Shown piece by piece: positions 11,436 through 23,298 of a DNA stretch of 64,000 nucleotides. Below the pieces are notes generated by a model, which did not search any database, had not been told where the DNA came from, and was given only the letters and a program-made list of their open reading frames with translations. Origin of the DNA: Pelomyxa schiedti (taxonomy: Eukaryota; Protista; Evosea). The stretch lies in assembly GCA_020536535.1 (NCBI GenBank), contig JAHLWZ010000828.1, forward strand, positions 1-64,000, given 5' to 3'. The position numbers and the translations under genes are program-made. The stretch's first letter is position 1; each line of letters starts with the position of its first letter.

Positions 11436-14400
11436 TCAATTCCAGCCACTGGGAAGAATTTTTCCATCCGCACCCACAATCATGTCCTTGTATGCCACTG
11501 TTTGGTAATTGGGGTTGTGCTCAGGAGACTCTAGCACACGCCGCAGGTGAGCGTATGAATTGAGCCTGTCGATTGCCCAACCTGCGTCACTAGACGCACT
11601 GGGCAACAGTGACGTAATGGAGCAGAATTGCAACTGCTTCTTGAATTTATCTCCTAGTATAACGCTGAGTAGGGCTTGGAACGTGGACCTGTTTTGTGAT
11701 TGTTATTGCTGTGAATGAAGTGTGAATGTACCTGTGGGACACAATGGCCATCCGCTTATAAGTTCGGGATAATTTCACAATGCCTTGGTAAACCCGGTCA
11801 CACATCGACTCCCAATTCTCGAGAGTGATTTGTTTAAACACCTTCGGTGATGATGTTAGAAAATCTAGGGGAATTTGTGACAAAGGATAAAAACCTTCTT
11901 GTAAGTCGAATCAACAAGTGGACCAGTTGTCATAGTAGGATCCAATGCCGGAACTCCTTTCCTGTTAGTAACACTCATAAATTCCGCAAGTGCCGGTTCT
12001 ACTACATATTTTACGTTCAATATCTCCGCAATGATCTTTCGAATGTCAGTGACTTGTTCCAGGGGGAAAACCAACCTTCGCAGTGTGGAGTGCCCGTGTG
12101 AACGGGGAGGATACAATTACATCAATATTCTCAGTTTTCAATCGAAGAGCTAAATCTTCAGCTTGCTTGATGCCTTCATCAGAAAGTGGAGGGTCATGGG
12201 GGTACGTGGCTTTGGGAACCCATGTGAGATCCTCATAGTCAACTCGGAATCCATGCCTTTTTTCTTTTTAACTGCCCAAATAAAATAACTAGCTGAAAAA
12301 TATCTAACCTGCACAAGAAAATGGCATGTCTACTGGTGAATTTGCTATGCATTTCTTCAAACATTCTGATTGCATTGCGCAAACCGAAACAGAACATGTG
12401 ATCGACTTTGCCAGAGTTTTCTTGTGCTCGGCCAAGGTCAATTAAATACACCATAGGTTTCTGCGGTTCGTTGTCCAGTGAATCTATGAACAAGTTAACT
12501 TGACTTCGGGATTTAGGGGGTTAACCATATACAAATAAAAGCGATGCAGCTCGAAATCTGAACTCCGTCTGTGTTTCAAGTACAGGTTTTAGTTCTCTTA
12601 GCCTTGCAAGCCATTTTGGAATGAGTTCATATCGGTATGAATTTGTTTCTTTGTCTTTAATAAATTCCTGATTTAAGTTAATTTCGTAAGTGTAAGGGCT
12701 TCCCACTTTGAGGAATGCTATAATGTCTGTGTATGTCTGCACTGCATGCCGTGAAATAGTGCCTCCTGTATACCCAGCTACTCTTGTGCCTTAATGGCAT
12801 AAGGAAATAATCAACCAGAAGTTCATTCACCATAAGGTTGGCCAGGAACTTTGAGCATATCACTGGGTTCCCCAACTTTCAAGTCCAGGACTCTAGGTTT
12901 GAGGTATCCCTCAGTGACATTACGCATTATGATGTAAGGTACACCAGACATCATCACATGATCATACATCTTTGGAATAAACTTCTCTAGCTCAGGTAGT
13001 TTATCCCTTATTTGGTTATAGATGCACCATTCATTGTTCCCTAGGGTTTTGGGTCAGTTTGTTTTCTTTTTTGGCAACAAGGCAAAAACCTGATACAAGG
13101 GGCTTATAAATTCGATCACCACAAAGGAGCATCCCCCCATGACCAGCTACGCCTGCAAATGCTTCCATGGGAGGATGAGATGAGGTTGTCGATGTAGTAA
13201 CACTAGTAGTGGAACTTGTCGAAGTCTCACTGCTGGTTGGGGTGCTTGTTGGAAGGGTCGTTGTTGCTAATGGTGTTGTCGTGGCTGTTGCAGCAGTCGA
13301 GGAGGAAGGTGGTGCGATAGGAACTTCAGATTTGTTTGTGGATTGTGCAATAAACAAGTTGTGGCGTGAAACATGTTCTGTTATGGCATTTGTTTGCTCA
13401 TCAGCTACCTGCACTGTGTTACGAGTAGTGACGAAGAAAAGAGCTCACTCTTTCAACAGCTTGGCTGAGTAAGGTGTGTGTTTGCAAGTAGACACGACAA
13501 TATTTGGCTGCACTTTTCTTTACTTTTGGGGTGGACGTTGTTGTCGGAATATGTGTCGAAACCCACTCAAACATTTTCATGTAAGCTGAGTCATAGACAG
13601 AGTCACGATTTTCTGGAGATACCTCATACCCTAAGCAAGCAGTTAACTTCAAGAAATGAGGTAATAAAACAGACCAAATTTTCTTCCATTTACTGACACA
13701 TGTTGCTTATACGTTGGGGAGTTTCGTCTGTAGTTAATGATTACTTCCAGAATGCTGTCATACTTAGACAGCCACGCTTCTACGCAAACCGTTATAGAAC
13801 AACACGGGCCAAGCTGAAGATTGTGAGAATAACTTCACTCACCTTTCTTACTTTGACAGATTTGACTTTGAGGTCACAATCAATATCATCAAAGAACCAG
13901 GATATCAGATCAAGGTCGTCAACAACTGATGAATAGAAGACCTTTTTTATTTTGGTTTTTCCTCCCACTTACTTGGCATTACGCACTTCAATAATATCGT
14001 CTGTCACAGGTGTTGTATCGAGGGATTCAATAAGAATCGAGGGCACAGTGCCTAATACTTCATGGAGGTATGCCCTGGCATTAGAAAACTCCCGATCAAA
14101 TCTAGAATCGTAAGTGGGAAAACAGAAAAAAAAAGTTATTTCATCCACCGTCTGTGGAAGGCTACAATAAGAAGAGTCTCCTTTGCATCTGCAACGCCAC
14201 ATAAAACCGGGAGGTTTAGCAGGGGCTTTTCTGAGACAATTGTTTTTTTATAGTGTCTCAAGCATTTCTCTGTAAGATCTGGCTGCTGTACATAGGGTGT
14301 GCAAATGTAGACACAGTTGATGTCTGTTCTCAACAGAAGACGGTCCAGCTATCATTTGTTTCAGCAAACGGATTTTGGTAGGTTTAAATTCATTTGTTAT

Positions 14401-15795
14401 ATACCTCAAGCTGCGAATTTGTTCTAGAGGCTACAGCAACAACTTCACAGCTTGGGACCTTGGGGAGAATATTTTGGAGCACATGAGTGCCAAAGTTACC
14501 TGCGAAAATTAGAGTGGAGAGGGTATGTATCTGGGCAAACCGGTTCCAATCTGAAGCAGACGTAAATTTGGACTGGACACGGTTTGTGTGGTTTTTAGAG
14601 ACTCAGACACCATATCCATTATGCGTGCTGTTGCAATACAGTGCTCAGGTTTGCATAGGCGGGCAATTGCCTAAAGAAAAGTTTTAAACTTGTCATAAAG
14701 CAATGAAAGAAACCTTTCCCTGGGAAATGGCTAAAAAGTGGTTAATCTGAGCTGCTAAATTGTCTTGAATCATTTCAGGGGTAATCAAGTGCTCGTTTGA
14801 GGTGCCATCCCGAAGTTGGAGAATAATTTTGGGCATTTCATTACTGGGACAGATAGGAGACTGTAAAAGTGAGCAAACTAAAGGTAAATGGTAAGATACC
14901 TTCAATATAATTCGAAGTCCATCACCATACTCAAGATGCGATGTAAGGAGGTGTTCATACACAGCGGAACCCACACGAACAGGAATATCATCATTATGAA
15001 GAGCAACAGCAACAGAGAGGTCGAAGAATGTTGATGTGTTGACCACTTGTTCACAAGTGCCAGCAGTCTCTGGTACATTGTGACAAATAGTGATTGTTGT
15101 GGGATGGTTTTCGTTCACGAAGGCAGTAAGGTCAGAAATGATTCTCAGAAATCTGGCATGCCAACCACAAACCAATTCACAGTCTTGTTGTTGACACGCC
15201 TTATATTTTTTTTTTAATAAAAAAAATGAGGGAAGATGTAACACACTTGGTAAACGGCCCGAACAGACCCACTTAAAAGTGAAAGAGGTGCATCAAAGCA
15301 GAAGATAAAAGAAGATATCTTGCAGTAACTCTCAACAGCAGACAGTCGATCCTCTGGGTTTTCAGCAAAAATAGCCACTGCGTCGTAGCGGCCACCCTGT
15401 TCTATCCATAAGTTCGAAACAATAAAAGCAAAACAAGCATAGCACGGACCAGAACAGCTGCAGTTGCATCGGCCATAGTGGTGAACACCGTCACGCCTGT
15501 CAATCCACGCGTTCCTTCGTTCATAGACGCGGAGTTTGCTTCAGCGACAACTACATGTACCACCTATGTCGTCAATGAGCGTTCTCCCTCCGTAACCCAT
15601 CCGTTGCACAAACAAGCCGACACACACAGGGGATGGCTTCATCCCAGACAGCAGTCTAATCAGCAGCAAGCCCCGCGGCCCACCACACGGCCCTCGTCCC
15701 ACCACGACGCAGCACCTGCACCCCGTCGTCCCCACCGCCGCCGCCGTGCTAGTGCTGGTGCTGTAGCTGTCCCCGGTCGCCAGTGCCGCACTCAT
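11436..15795 (-). CDS. Four-domain protein: Gfo/Idh/MocA (degenerate) + Gfo/Idh/MocA (IolG-like) + inositol polyphosphate kinase (IPK) + histidine phosphatase
   Basis: Spliced reading gives LLQIGT|GNFG, VSEKPL, AFHRR|FDREF (inositol dehydrogenase-like); then GVAGH, PRVLDLKVG, AASLLFVY, YLIDLG (IPK); then FLCR|HGFRVD, SSPFTRALHTA, EPALAEF, IVSH (histidine phosphatase branch 1). In-frame splice junctions were traced between all four domains. The 5' start (15795 or 15476) is less certain. Confidence 0.8.
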
Positions 15796-15848
15796 CCTTT
15801 CGTTTTCTGGTTTTTTTCCCTGAAGGCCGCCAAAGCCGAAATTGCAAT

Positions 15849-17312
15849 ATGCGGGGAAGAGGGGGCCGCGGCAGGAGTGCGAGCGGAGTGGGTCCGCACG
15901 ATGCGGGAAGCAGGGGCAAGCGGGGTCGGCCAGGGGAAGAAGGCGGCAGGGGGGGTGGCGAGGAGGACGGCGTCGCGGATGTGGTGTCCAGGGAGGAGCT
16001 GAGGAAACGGAGGCCGATATACATGGATGCGTTCACCTCGTTCCGCAGGGAGATGGGTATGGACGACGAGGCCGCGGGTGCTAATGCGGCCGGGGAGCCC
16101 ATCCAGGGGAAGGACTTGGCAAGGCAGAAGGAGAAACACGAGGCGGAAGTAAAACGGCTAGCACAAGGGACAAAGCAGGAAGCAAAGGAGGACAAGTCTG
16201 TACTGGTCGCTAGAATTCCGGAAACTGCAACTCCGGAGGAGCTGCAGGCTTTCTTGTCTGTAAAGGCTGGACGTGTCAGGTACTTCGGCTGTCGTTGTGA
16301 TACATGGCTTATTCTGATCTCACTCAAACTCAAGGACGGTTACATTCAAGTACAAGCGGAAGAAGAAGGGCGAAAAAAAGTTCACTGGCACGGCAGTGGT
16401 GGAGATGGCCAAGTTGCAAAGTGCCTATAAAGTATTCTCAAATCTCTTCCCTATTCCAAAATTTAGCACAACAAAACGCAGGCTGTGGAACTGGATGGTC
16501 ATAGCTTCCAAGGCGCATTACTAAAAATTAAGAGGATGGACCCAACTTCTACAAAGCTTAAGAAACTGCATAATGCCCTTGTCGACGAAGAGGCCAGTAT
16601 TTTTGTTGGCAACCTGGCCTTTGGAACTTCTGAGATAACTCTACAAAAAGGTAAGGCCCACCTTTGGCATAGAAAACAAACACGCTTACATTACTATTTA
16701 GTTTTTAGTCGATATGGAGATGTGATCCGAGTCAGTTTGCCTCGAAACAAAGTAACCAAGCATCCCCGTGGATTTGCTGTTGTAGAATTTGCCGGTGCTG
16801 CCAGTGCCAAGCATGCGGCAATGAAACACAACGGAAAGACCATCGATGGAAGCCCCGTTGTTGTGAAAGTCTACACCGACCCCCACGACGAACCCGGGGA
16901 GCAGGTAACACATCAAGTAAGGCGGCTAGACAACATCGCAAGTGAACCCTTGGCAACAGGATCATCAGTGAAAGAGGCAGCACCAAGTGAGACCTCCGAT
17001 GTGAGTGACAGAGTTCTGGAGCTGTTCACAGGGCCAACCAGAGGCAGGGGTCGTGGGATGGACATGGGGAGTGGAAGGGGAAGGGGAACAGGGAGAGGAA
17101 GAGGAAGAGGAAGGGGAATGGGAATGGGAATGGGAATGGGAATTAGAGGAGGATTTGCAACTGCAGCAGGCAGAGGCAGAGGCAGAGGCAGAGGAAGGGG
17201 TACAGGCACAGGGACCAGGGGAAGAGGACGAGGCACCAGAGGCAGGGGCCGCCGAGGAAGCAGCTCTGCCGACGGACCCTCACCCCCAAGTACCAAAAGA
17301 AGGATGGTATAG
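15849..17312 (+). CDS. Two-RRM RNA-binding protein with a C-terminal RG/GRG-rich tail (nucleolar-type)
   Basis: SVLVARIP...KFTGTAVVEM (RRM1), SIFVGNLAF...HPRGFAVVEF (RRM2), (GRG)n and (GM)n repeats, terminal basic NLS-like TKRRMV. Confidence 0.85.
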
Positions 17313-17437
17313 CCACTCGACCCACACCGCCAAGTTTTAAAACAACCTGCAGTTTTCTTTATGAGAAGAGCTACCACAAATAAAACAAAGAGAAAAAACA
17401 AGGAAAAAGCAACGAAACCCAACCAAAGCAACCCCTC

Positions 17438-19155
17438 ATGGCCCAACCAACAGCAAGCGTTCCCGCTGCCACAACAAGCAACACCCCAGCCGCCGCAGCT
17501 ACGCCAGCTACAGCGACAGCGACAGCAACAGCGGCACCAGCGCCGGTGGTGGTTCGCGTGAGCAGGGCCACGGTTGGGGCGCTGGGCACATTCGGGTCAA
17601 CGGGGGTGGAGGGCGCACAGGGCGTTGGGACGGCGTCCCCGCATGCCATTCTTGTATCCCCCAAGCCCGACGCTTTCCCTCGTATCAACCACGTAACTTC
17701 CCTTCCTATTTATTACTTAAACCACTTGTACTGGCAATAATGTTCGTTAGATTGCTGAAGAGTTCCCGCCGCACGTAACTTGCAGCCCAGACGAGTTTTT
17801 AACGAGGAGTGAGAGCAATCCTGAACTCCGAAAACAACTTAAGAACAAGGTTTTATGGCACTCTTGTCCACCCAGCGATTTAATGTGCACTGTTCTAGGT
17901 ACGCAAGTGTGCCGGGTGTGGCAAACCAAATGCTTTCACCTTGACCAACTGTAATGCATGTGGTGCCTCTCTAGCGTCAGTGCCGATTTCATTCACTGAT
18001 AACGTTTTCACAGCATTCATGTGTGTGAATATTGAATATTTGTGTGGTTTCTGACTGAAATAGTTATGGAATCGAGAAGGGTGCCTTCCCTTTCACTATT
18101 TCTATACGCAAGCAAAGCGAAGGCTTTATCACGTTTGACGATTTACTGTCCTTGTCCCCCTGCCATGTGAACTCCATTCCCACAACACAGTAATTTCCTC
18201 AAAACCTATTCTATGGGAGGGTGCAAACGTAATTTTTACACTCAGGTTTATCCCGGATTGGCGCTACCTTCTTCGAAGACCAGCTGAGGGTCTTGCCTTA
18301 ATTAGGCAATTACACTCACATTCATCTTCTGTTGCTGTTGAGCAATTCCTTGCCAAGTAGCCACTTTATTTCATACCGGCACTCATTTTTTCCAGTCCGG
18401 AGTATCGTTCTCGTGTTCTTAGCCCTGCAGCCAATAAGATGTCTCCTGCAGAAATTATCGCCCACACTGCTTGTGGATTCAATTATCCCCCTTCCCAATA
18501 CCAGCTTCATTTGCAATTTATTGTGCCACCATTGATGCCATTTCAATATTACATGTACTTGATTGGGAACCATTTCACAAAAGGGAGATTCTTCCCGTAA
18601 GTAACATTTGTAGGTTCCAACAACTAAATCTACAAATATAGCTTTGAGTATGTTGAGGCTGTCTTAAAGTTAAACGAGGTATTCTATCAAGTACGATTAG
18701 TGGTACTAATGAGCTGAATAAGGTTTATCCAGTTGATGATGACACTCCAATCGAGACTATAATGGCGCACTTTGCTACAAAGGGTGTTGACTATGACAAG
18801 ATTCACCAAGAATGCTACGACAGGTTTTTCCCTCGCAAAGGCCACATTTCCATTACAATCTTCTCACTAAACCCGAAGGTATGGAGCAAGCCACAGACTT
18901 CTCTCCAACTGGCTCCCGGACTCCTTCAATGGTTTTGTTGCCAACAACAAACTGTTCACGTTCACAGGCCCTGATCCCGCCAACCCGGAAATTCTCACGG
19001 CCCAATTGGATGCGGCAGGGGACCCCAAGGCCATCCAAGCCGCCGACAAACTAGCACTCCAGAACTTTGGCAGACCCTACAAGACGGCAACCGCCACATC
19101 GGGCACATACTACGCCCACGCCAAGTCTTTCCCTGGCGGCATGGCCATGTGGTGA
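17438..19155 (+). CDS. Uncharacterised protein with a CxxC..CxxC zinc ribbon and a HIT/DcpS-like motif
   Basis: RKCAGCGKPNAFTLTNCNACG, HVNSIPT, YIPDWRYLL and GFNYPPSQYQLHLQF (18475-18522); the last exon ends PGGMAMW*. Confidence 0.7.
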
Positions 19156-19228
19156 TGCCACATGCCCGCACACGAGATATAAACAGAAAAATTTCTCGTC
19201 TACCTCGTTTTTTCCACCATTGATTGGC

Positions 19229-21055
19229 ATGCAACTTGGGGGTGCGGCTGACGTCCTCCTGTTCGAGTCGGTCTGGGGGCAACAGCAGAGGCGCACGCAG
19301 GGGACCGGCGGGTGCACGACAGGGGAGGCCACCAACAACCGGGCGCAGGGGGAGAGCAGGGACGGGGGAGCGGGAGTGAAGGCCCTGCTGTGCTTTGAGA
19401 GCAGGGAGTTCGCTGCGTGCGTGGGCACGTGCATGGAGGCCCTGGCCCACGACCCCAGGCACGTCGTTGGCCTCTTGCTTCTGCGCTTGCTGTGGCGGTG
19501 GCAGCCCTGCGTCGTCCCACAATCCTGTCAGCACTCCATTCCCCCGCAATTGTTAATTCTCCAGCGGGACTGCACGGCCTCGGATCTGCGCTACGCGTTG
19601 GCCTCCATCGCCCGGGCGTGCTCCCTGTCTTCGCCCTCGTATTTGTCTTCGCCTTCGTCTTCGCTGTCATCTACATTATCGTCGTCATTGTCGATATCCC
19701 CGTCACCGCAGCCGCAATGCAGAAAGGCAATTGTGGGAGACTGTGGGAACGAGGACATCGAGGAGCTGATGTCTCGGTCTTGTTGTGAGGCTATGGATTT
19801 AGTTGGTGTTTTTGCCTCTGCTGTGATTGTATTGGCAGCCATTAGATACTTTGGAGTGGGGGGAATCAGGCCCAACAGCGCTGAAGCCGCGAAGTTGTAT
19901 TCAGTGGCAGCCAGTTCAAAGCAGCAGCACCCTGTGGCGCTGTTTAATCTCGCCGTTCTCACAGCAATGGGTGACGGTGTGGAGAAGAACAATGCCGCTG
20001 CAAAAACTTTACTTGAAAGCGCAGCCAAGCAATCTCATGTGGGTGCTCAGTACCATTTGGCTGCGATTTACTATTCTGAGCGCAACTTCCAAGGTGCAAT
20101 TGTTCTCTATACGCAGGCTGCTGCCCAGGGGGACGACAATGCCTTGTGCAGTCTGGCTCGCATGTATAGGAGAGGCGATGGAGTTTTGAAAAATGTTTGC
20201 CTCTGCGCTGCTCTACTTCAGCGTGCAGCTCAGCAGGGAAATGTTGATGCATGCATTGACCTGGGCCAAATGTATTTTATAGGGGAAGGTGTTGCAAAAG
20301 TCAATGAAAAGGAAGCACTGCGGCTATTCAGAGTTGCAGCCGACCAGGGAAACGCCGGAGCACAATTCAACCTTGCCCTCTTACACAGTAGAGGCGAGGG
20401 AGGCCTGGTGCGTGACAGAAGGGAAGCGTGTAAGTTATACAGCCTTGCAGCCGCTCAAGGACATGCCAGTGCGAAAGTAAACTTGTCTCAGATGACACAC
20501 TACTACACCAGCGGAACTGTGCGCGGAGGTGCCTACGTACCACATGAAAAACTAGTGCATGCCTTCTATCAAAGTGTGCAAGAGCTGCGGAAAAGCCTCC
20601 CACCCTCCCCCCTGAAGGTTTCGGCCTTTATTCAATCCCTGCAGTTGGCTGCACAAGGAGGCGATGGTCAGGCACTGTGCAAGATAGCCACATTACATCT
20701 GATTCAGAACAACGGAGTCATTCCATACAACCCGGTTCTTTCAGCACAACTCTACTCACAGGCCTCCGACCTCGGACATGCCCCTGCACAAGTTCTGCTA
20801 GGTGAATTGTTTGTTCATGGTGGCCTGGATTCTGCCTTTGCCTACGATGAAGCCAGAGCTGCCCGCCTGTTTGCCCTTGCGACAAACAAGGGGGAAACCA
20901 GAGGACAGGCCAATCTGGGTTGGATGTACCTCTGTGGTGCTGGTGGGTTGGTTGTGGACTTGGCAGAGGCAAGGCAACACCTCACTAGTGCTTCGAGGAG
21001 AGGGGACATGAGGGCAAATGAAGGGTTAAGGGAATTGGACAGCTTAATGAGCTGA
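19229..21055 (+). CDS. Intronless Sel1-like repeat protein
   Basis: One ORF with repeated A..G...AQ..LG..Y..G.G units of about 36 aa (e.g. QGNAGAQFNLALLHSRGEGGLVRDRREACKLYSLAAAQ). Confidence 0.92.
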   Translation: MQLGGAADVLLFESVWGQQQRRTQGTGGCTTGEATNNRAQGESRDGGAGVKALLCFESREFAACVGTCMEALAHDPRHVVGLLLLRLLWRWQPCVVPQSCQHSIPPQLLILQRDCTASDLRYALASIARACSLSSPSYLSSPSSSLSSTLSSSLSISPSPQPQCRKAIVGDCGNEDIEELMSRSCCEAMDLVGVFASAVIVLAAIRYFGVGGIRPNSAEAAKLYSVAASSKQQHPVALFNLAVLTAMGDGVEKNNAAAKTLLESAAKQSHVGAQYHLAAIYYSERNFQGAIVLYTQAAAQGDDNALCSLARMYRRGDGVLKNVCLCAALLQRAAQQGNVDACIDLGQMYFIGEGVAKVNEKEALRLFRVAADQGNAGAQFNLALLHSRGEGGLVRDRREACKLYSLAAAQGHASAKVNLSQMTHYYTSGTVRGGAYVPHEKLVHAFYQSVQELRKSLPPSPLKVSAFIQSLQLAAQGGDGQALCKIATLHLIQNNGVIPYNPVLSAQLYSQASDLGHAPAQVLLGELFVHGGLDSAFAYDEARAARLFALATNKGETRGQANLGWMYLCGAGGLVVDLAEARQHLTSASRRGDMRANEGLRELDSLMS

Positions 21056-21117
21056 CCAATAAAGTAAAGGGGAACTTGTAGAAAGAAAAAACAAAAGCCA
21101 ATTTTTTTTATTTTAGT

Positions 21118-22981
21118 TTAATTCTGAAGGTCCTTAAGGATGGCAACAACCCAGTGGAGAAGCTCTGCACCACTGGCGATCTCACATATCTCGCTGGGAG
21201 AGTGTGGGTTCTTGACCTCAGGGCCAATGGAAATGGCCTCACAGTTGGGAAGCTTTTCAAGGAAAATTCCGCACTCAAGGCCGGCGTGAATGGCGTAAAC
21301 GCGGCAAGCCTTCCCGAAGAGGGTGGAGTGAGTGGCTTGCGCTACTTTAGCAAGGCGAGAGGTAGGAACTGGGAGCCAGCCGGGATATTTGCCGGTAATG
21401 GAGAGACTTCCACCAACAAGGTCGGTGATAGCTTGCATGTGCTGCAGGCAATTAGAAGAATAAGGGGGAGTAAACGCAAACCTGCTCGATCTCATGCCAC
21501 TGGGAGTCACGAGAAGTGCGAGCAAGTCCAATGGCCTTGAAAGAGTCTTCAGTCCACTCGACCAGGGTTGTTGCCATAGAGGTCTCAACAAGCCCGGAAA
21601 TCTCGGCACTCATGCGCATTGGGTGGCAAGGAGCAAGCTTCCAAAGGTTGAAAATGGTTCGCGAGTGTTGGCGAGTCAAAGGAATGGGGGCTGTGTCAAG
21701 TGGCTTGATAACAAGGTGGATGCCTGTGGGTTCCTGGGTCTGGTACTCCATCTGTTATAGCCCAAATGTTAAAAACAACAAGATGTACTTAAATATCTTA
21801 CTTCGAGCATCTTAGACACAGCAATAACCTCAGCCTTGAATTTGTCCACGTTGGCAGCTGGAACAACAACAGTAGCGTCACAAGCACGAGGGATAGCATT
21901 GCGAGCTGATCCACCAGTCAGATGGGCAAGGGAAAAGCCAGTATCCCAGGCAGATAGAAGCATTCTGGCAACAAGCTACATTGTGTTGGGTCAGTGGTCG
22001 GTGAGGAAAGTCGGTACCTTGAAGGCGTTGGCTCTGTGAAGGTGAATATCTACCCCAGAGTGCCCACCACTGAGGCCAGAAACAGAAACGAGGAGGGGTA
22101 CACCATCAACAATTGGCTCCCTCTTAATTGGGATGCTAATTGCAATGTTGGCACCGCCAGCACTCCCAAGGCAAAGAGCATTCTTATCTTCAGAGTCCAG
22201 ATTGATTATGTACTAAAGTGCAATTTAGGACTCATAGGAAACATTTGCGGGCCAACCTTGGTCTTGGGGCAAAGGAAAGACGCCTCCAGTCCCTGAGCTC
22301 CAGTTGTACCAACTTCCTCATCCTCCGTGCACAAGAATTCAATCTTGGGGTGAGGAATGGTCTTGTTCTCAAGGATTGCCAGTGCGGTGGCAATTCCTGT
22401 AAAAAGCCTTAGTTACTAAATCCAACAAAGACTCGAAATACCCATTCCGTCGTCAGCACCCAAACTAGTTCCCTCGCTTGCAAGCCACTCGCCCTTGATA
22501 ATTGGCCACACAGGTTCAGTCTGAGAATGACAAGTTAAAAACAAAAATACTGTAAAATCTCAAAAAAATAGGCCGCAATTAACAAGAAATAGAGTAAAAC
22601 AATAGGAAATAAGTCAAACGCACCATCATATCATAAGTAGGACGGACAGATGGGTCATGAGCGCCAACAATGTCCTGGTGAGCTTGAAGGCACACAGTTG
22701 GTGCACTCTCGTATCCTGGAGACGCCGGCTTAACTATTTTAATGTTCTTGGCTGCGTCAATCGCGTATTCAAGTCCCCATTCCTTCGCAACAGCAGCCAA
22801 TTTGTTTCTTATCTAGCGTGCCGTTAGAAGACTCAAAGTAAAAAAAAAAAAAAACCTGAGCGGTGTTGCCGGAGGTCCTGGGAATTTCGGTGCACCACAA
22901 CATCCATTTCCAGAGTGCCTTGGGCTCAGGAAGTTGCTCCAACAAACGTCTGCATCTTTCGGTCTGGAGTTCAGTGGCCAT
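21118..22981 (-). CDS. pepD: Aminoacyl-histidine dipeptidase (PepD, peptidase M20), multi-exon
   Basis: IPRTSG, LQAHQD, GTSLGADDG, TEDEEVG, INLDSED, GGSARNAIPR, IHAGLECG, SIGPEVKNPHSPSE. Confidence 0.9.
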
Positions 22982-23298
22982 TATGATGACTTGCCCCTTT
23001 GTGTTTTTCTTTTTTTTTTGTTGTTTTTTTTTTTTTTTTTCGCCTGTTGACTTTTTTTTGCTCTTTTTGTGGCTTCAGTTTTCAAAAGACTCTTATGAGA
23101 AAGGGAAATTCCAACGACTCTTGACCCCAAGAGTGATCCGAGTCGTCGCACCCCCGGCAACTAACGGACAATCACCCCAATTACCAGGTTCCCCCTTCCC
23201 CACAATGTCTCCTCAATCGACATTTGCATCCAGACAATCACTCAGTGGTTGTAAACCGCGAAAGAAAGGGGAAAAAGGGCGTCGGTTGATTGGGGCTC

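Noticed and set aside
11433-11443. GGTTCAATTCC, a tRNA T-loop/B-box-like motif
   Set aside because: The flanks do not form a T-stem or cloverleaf, and it overlaps the stop region of the minus-strand phosphatase gene.
15300-15720. Initial reading of the N-terminal domain as YjeF_N (VVVGRGPCGG...FDAP)
   Set aside because: The downstream sequence (CGWHARF, then a Gfo-type C-terminal domain) fits a degenerate Gfo/Idh/MocA domain better.
16913-17446. Antisense (LP)n and alternative-frame (WE)n/(AE)n ORFs
   Set aside because: By-products of hexamer repeats encoding the RG/GM tail of the RRM protein.
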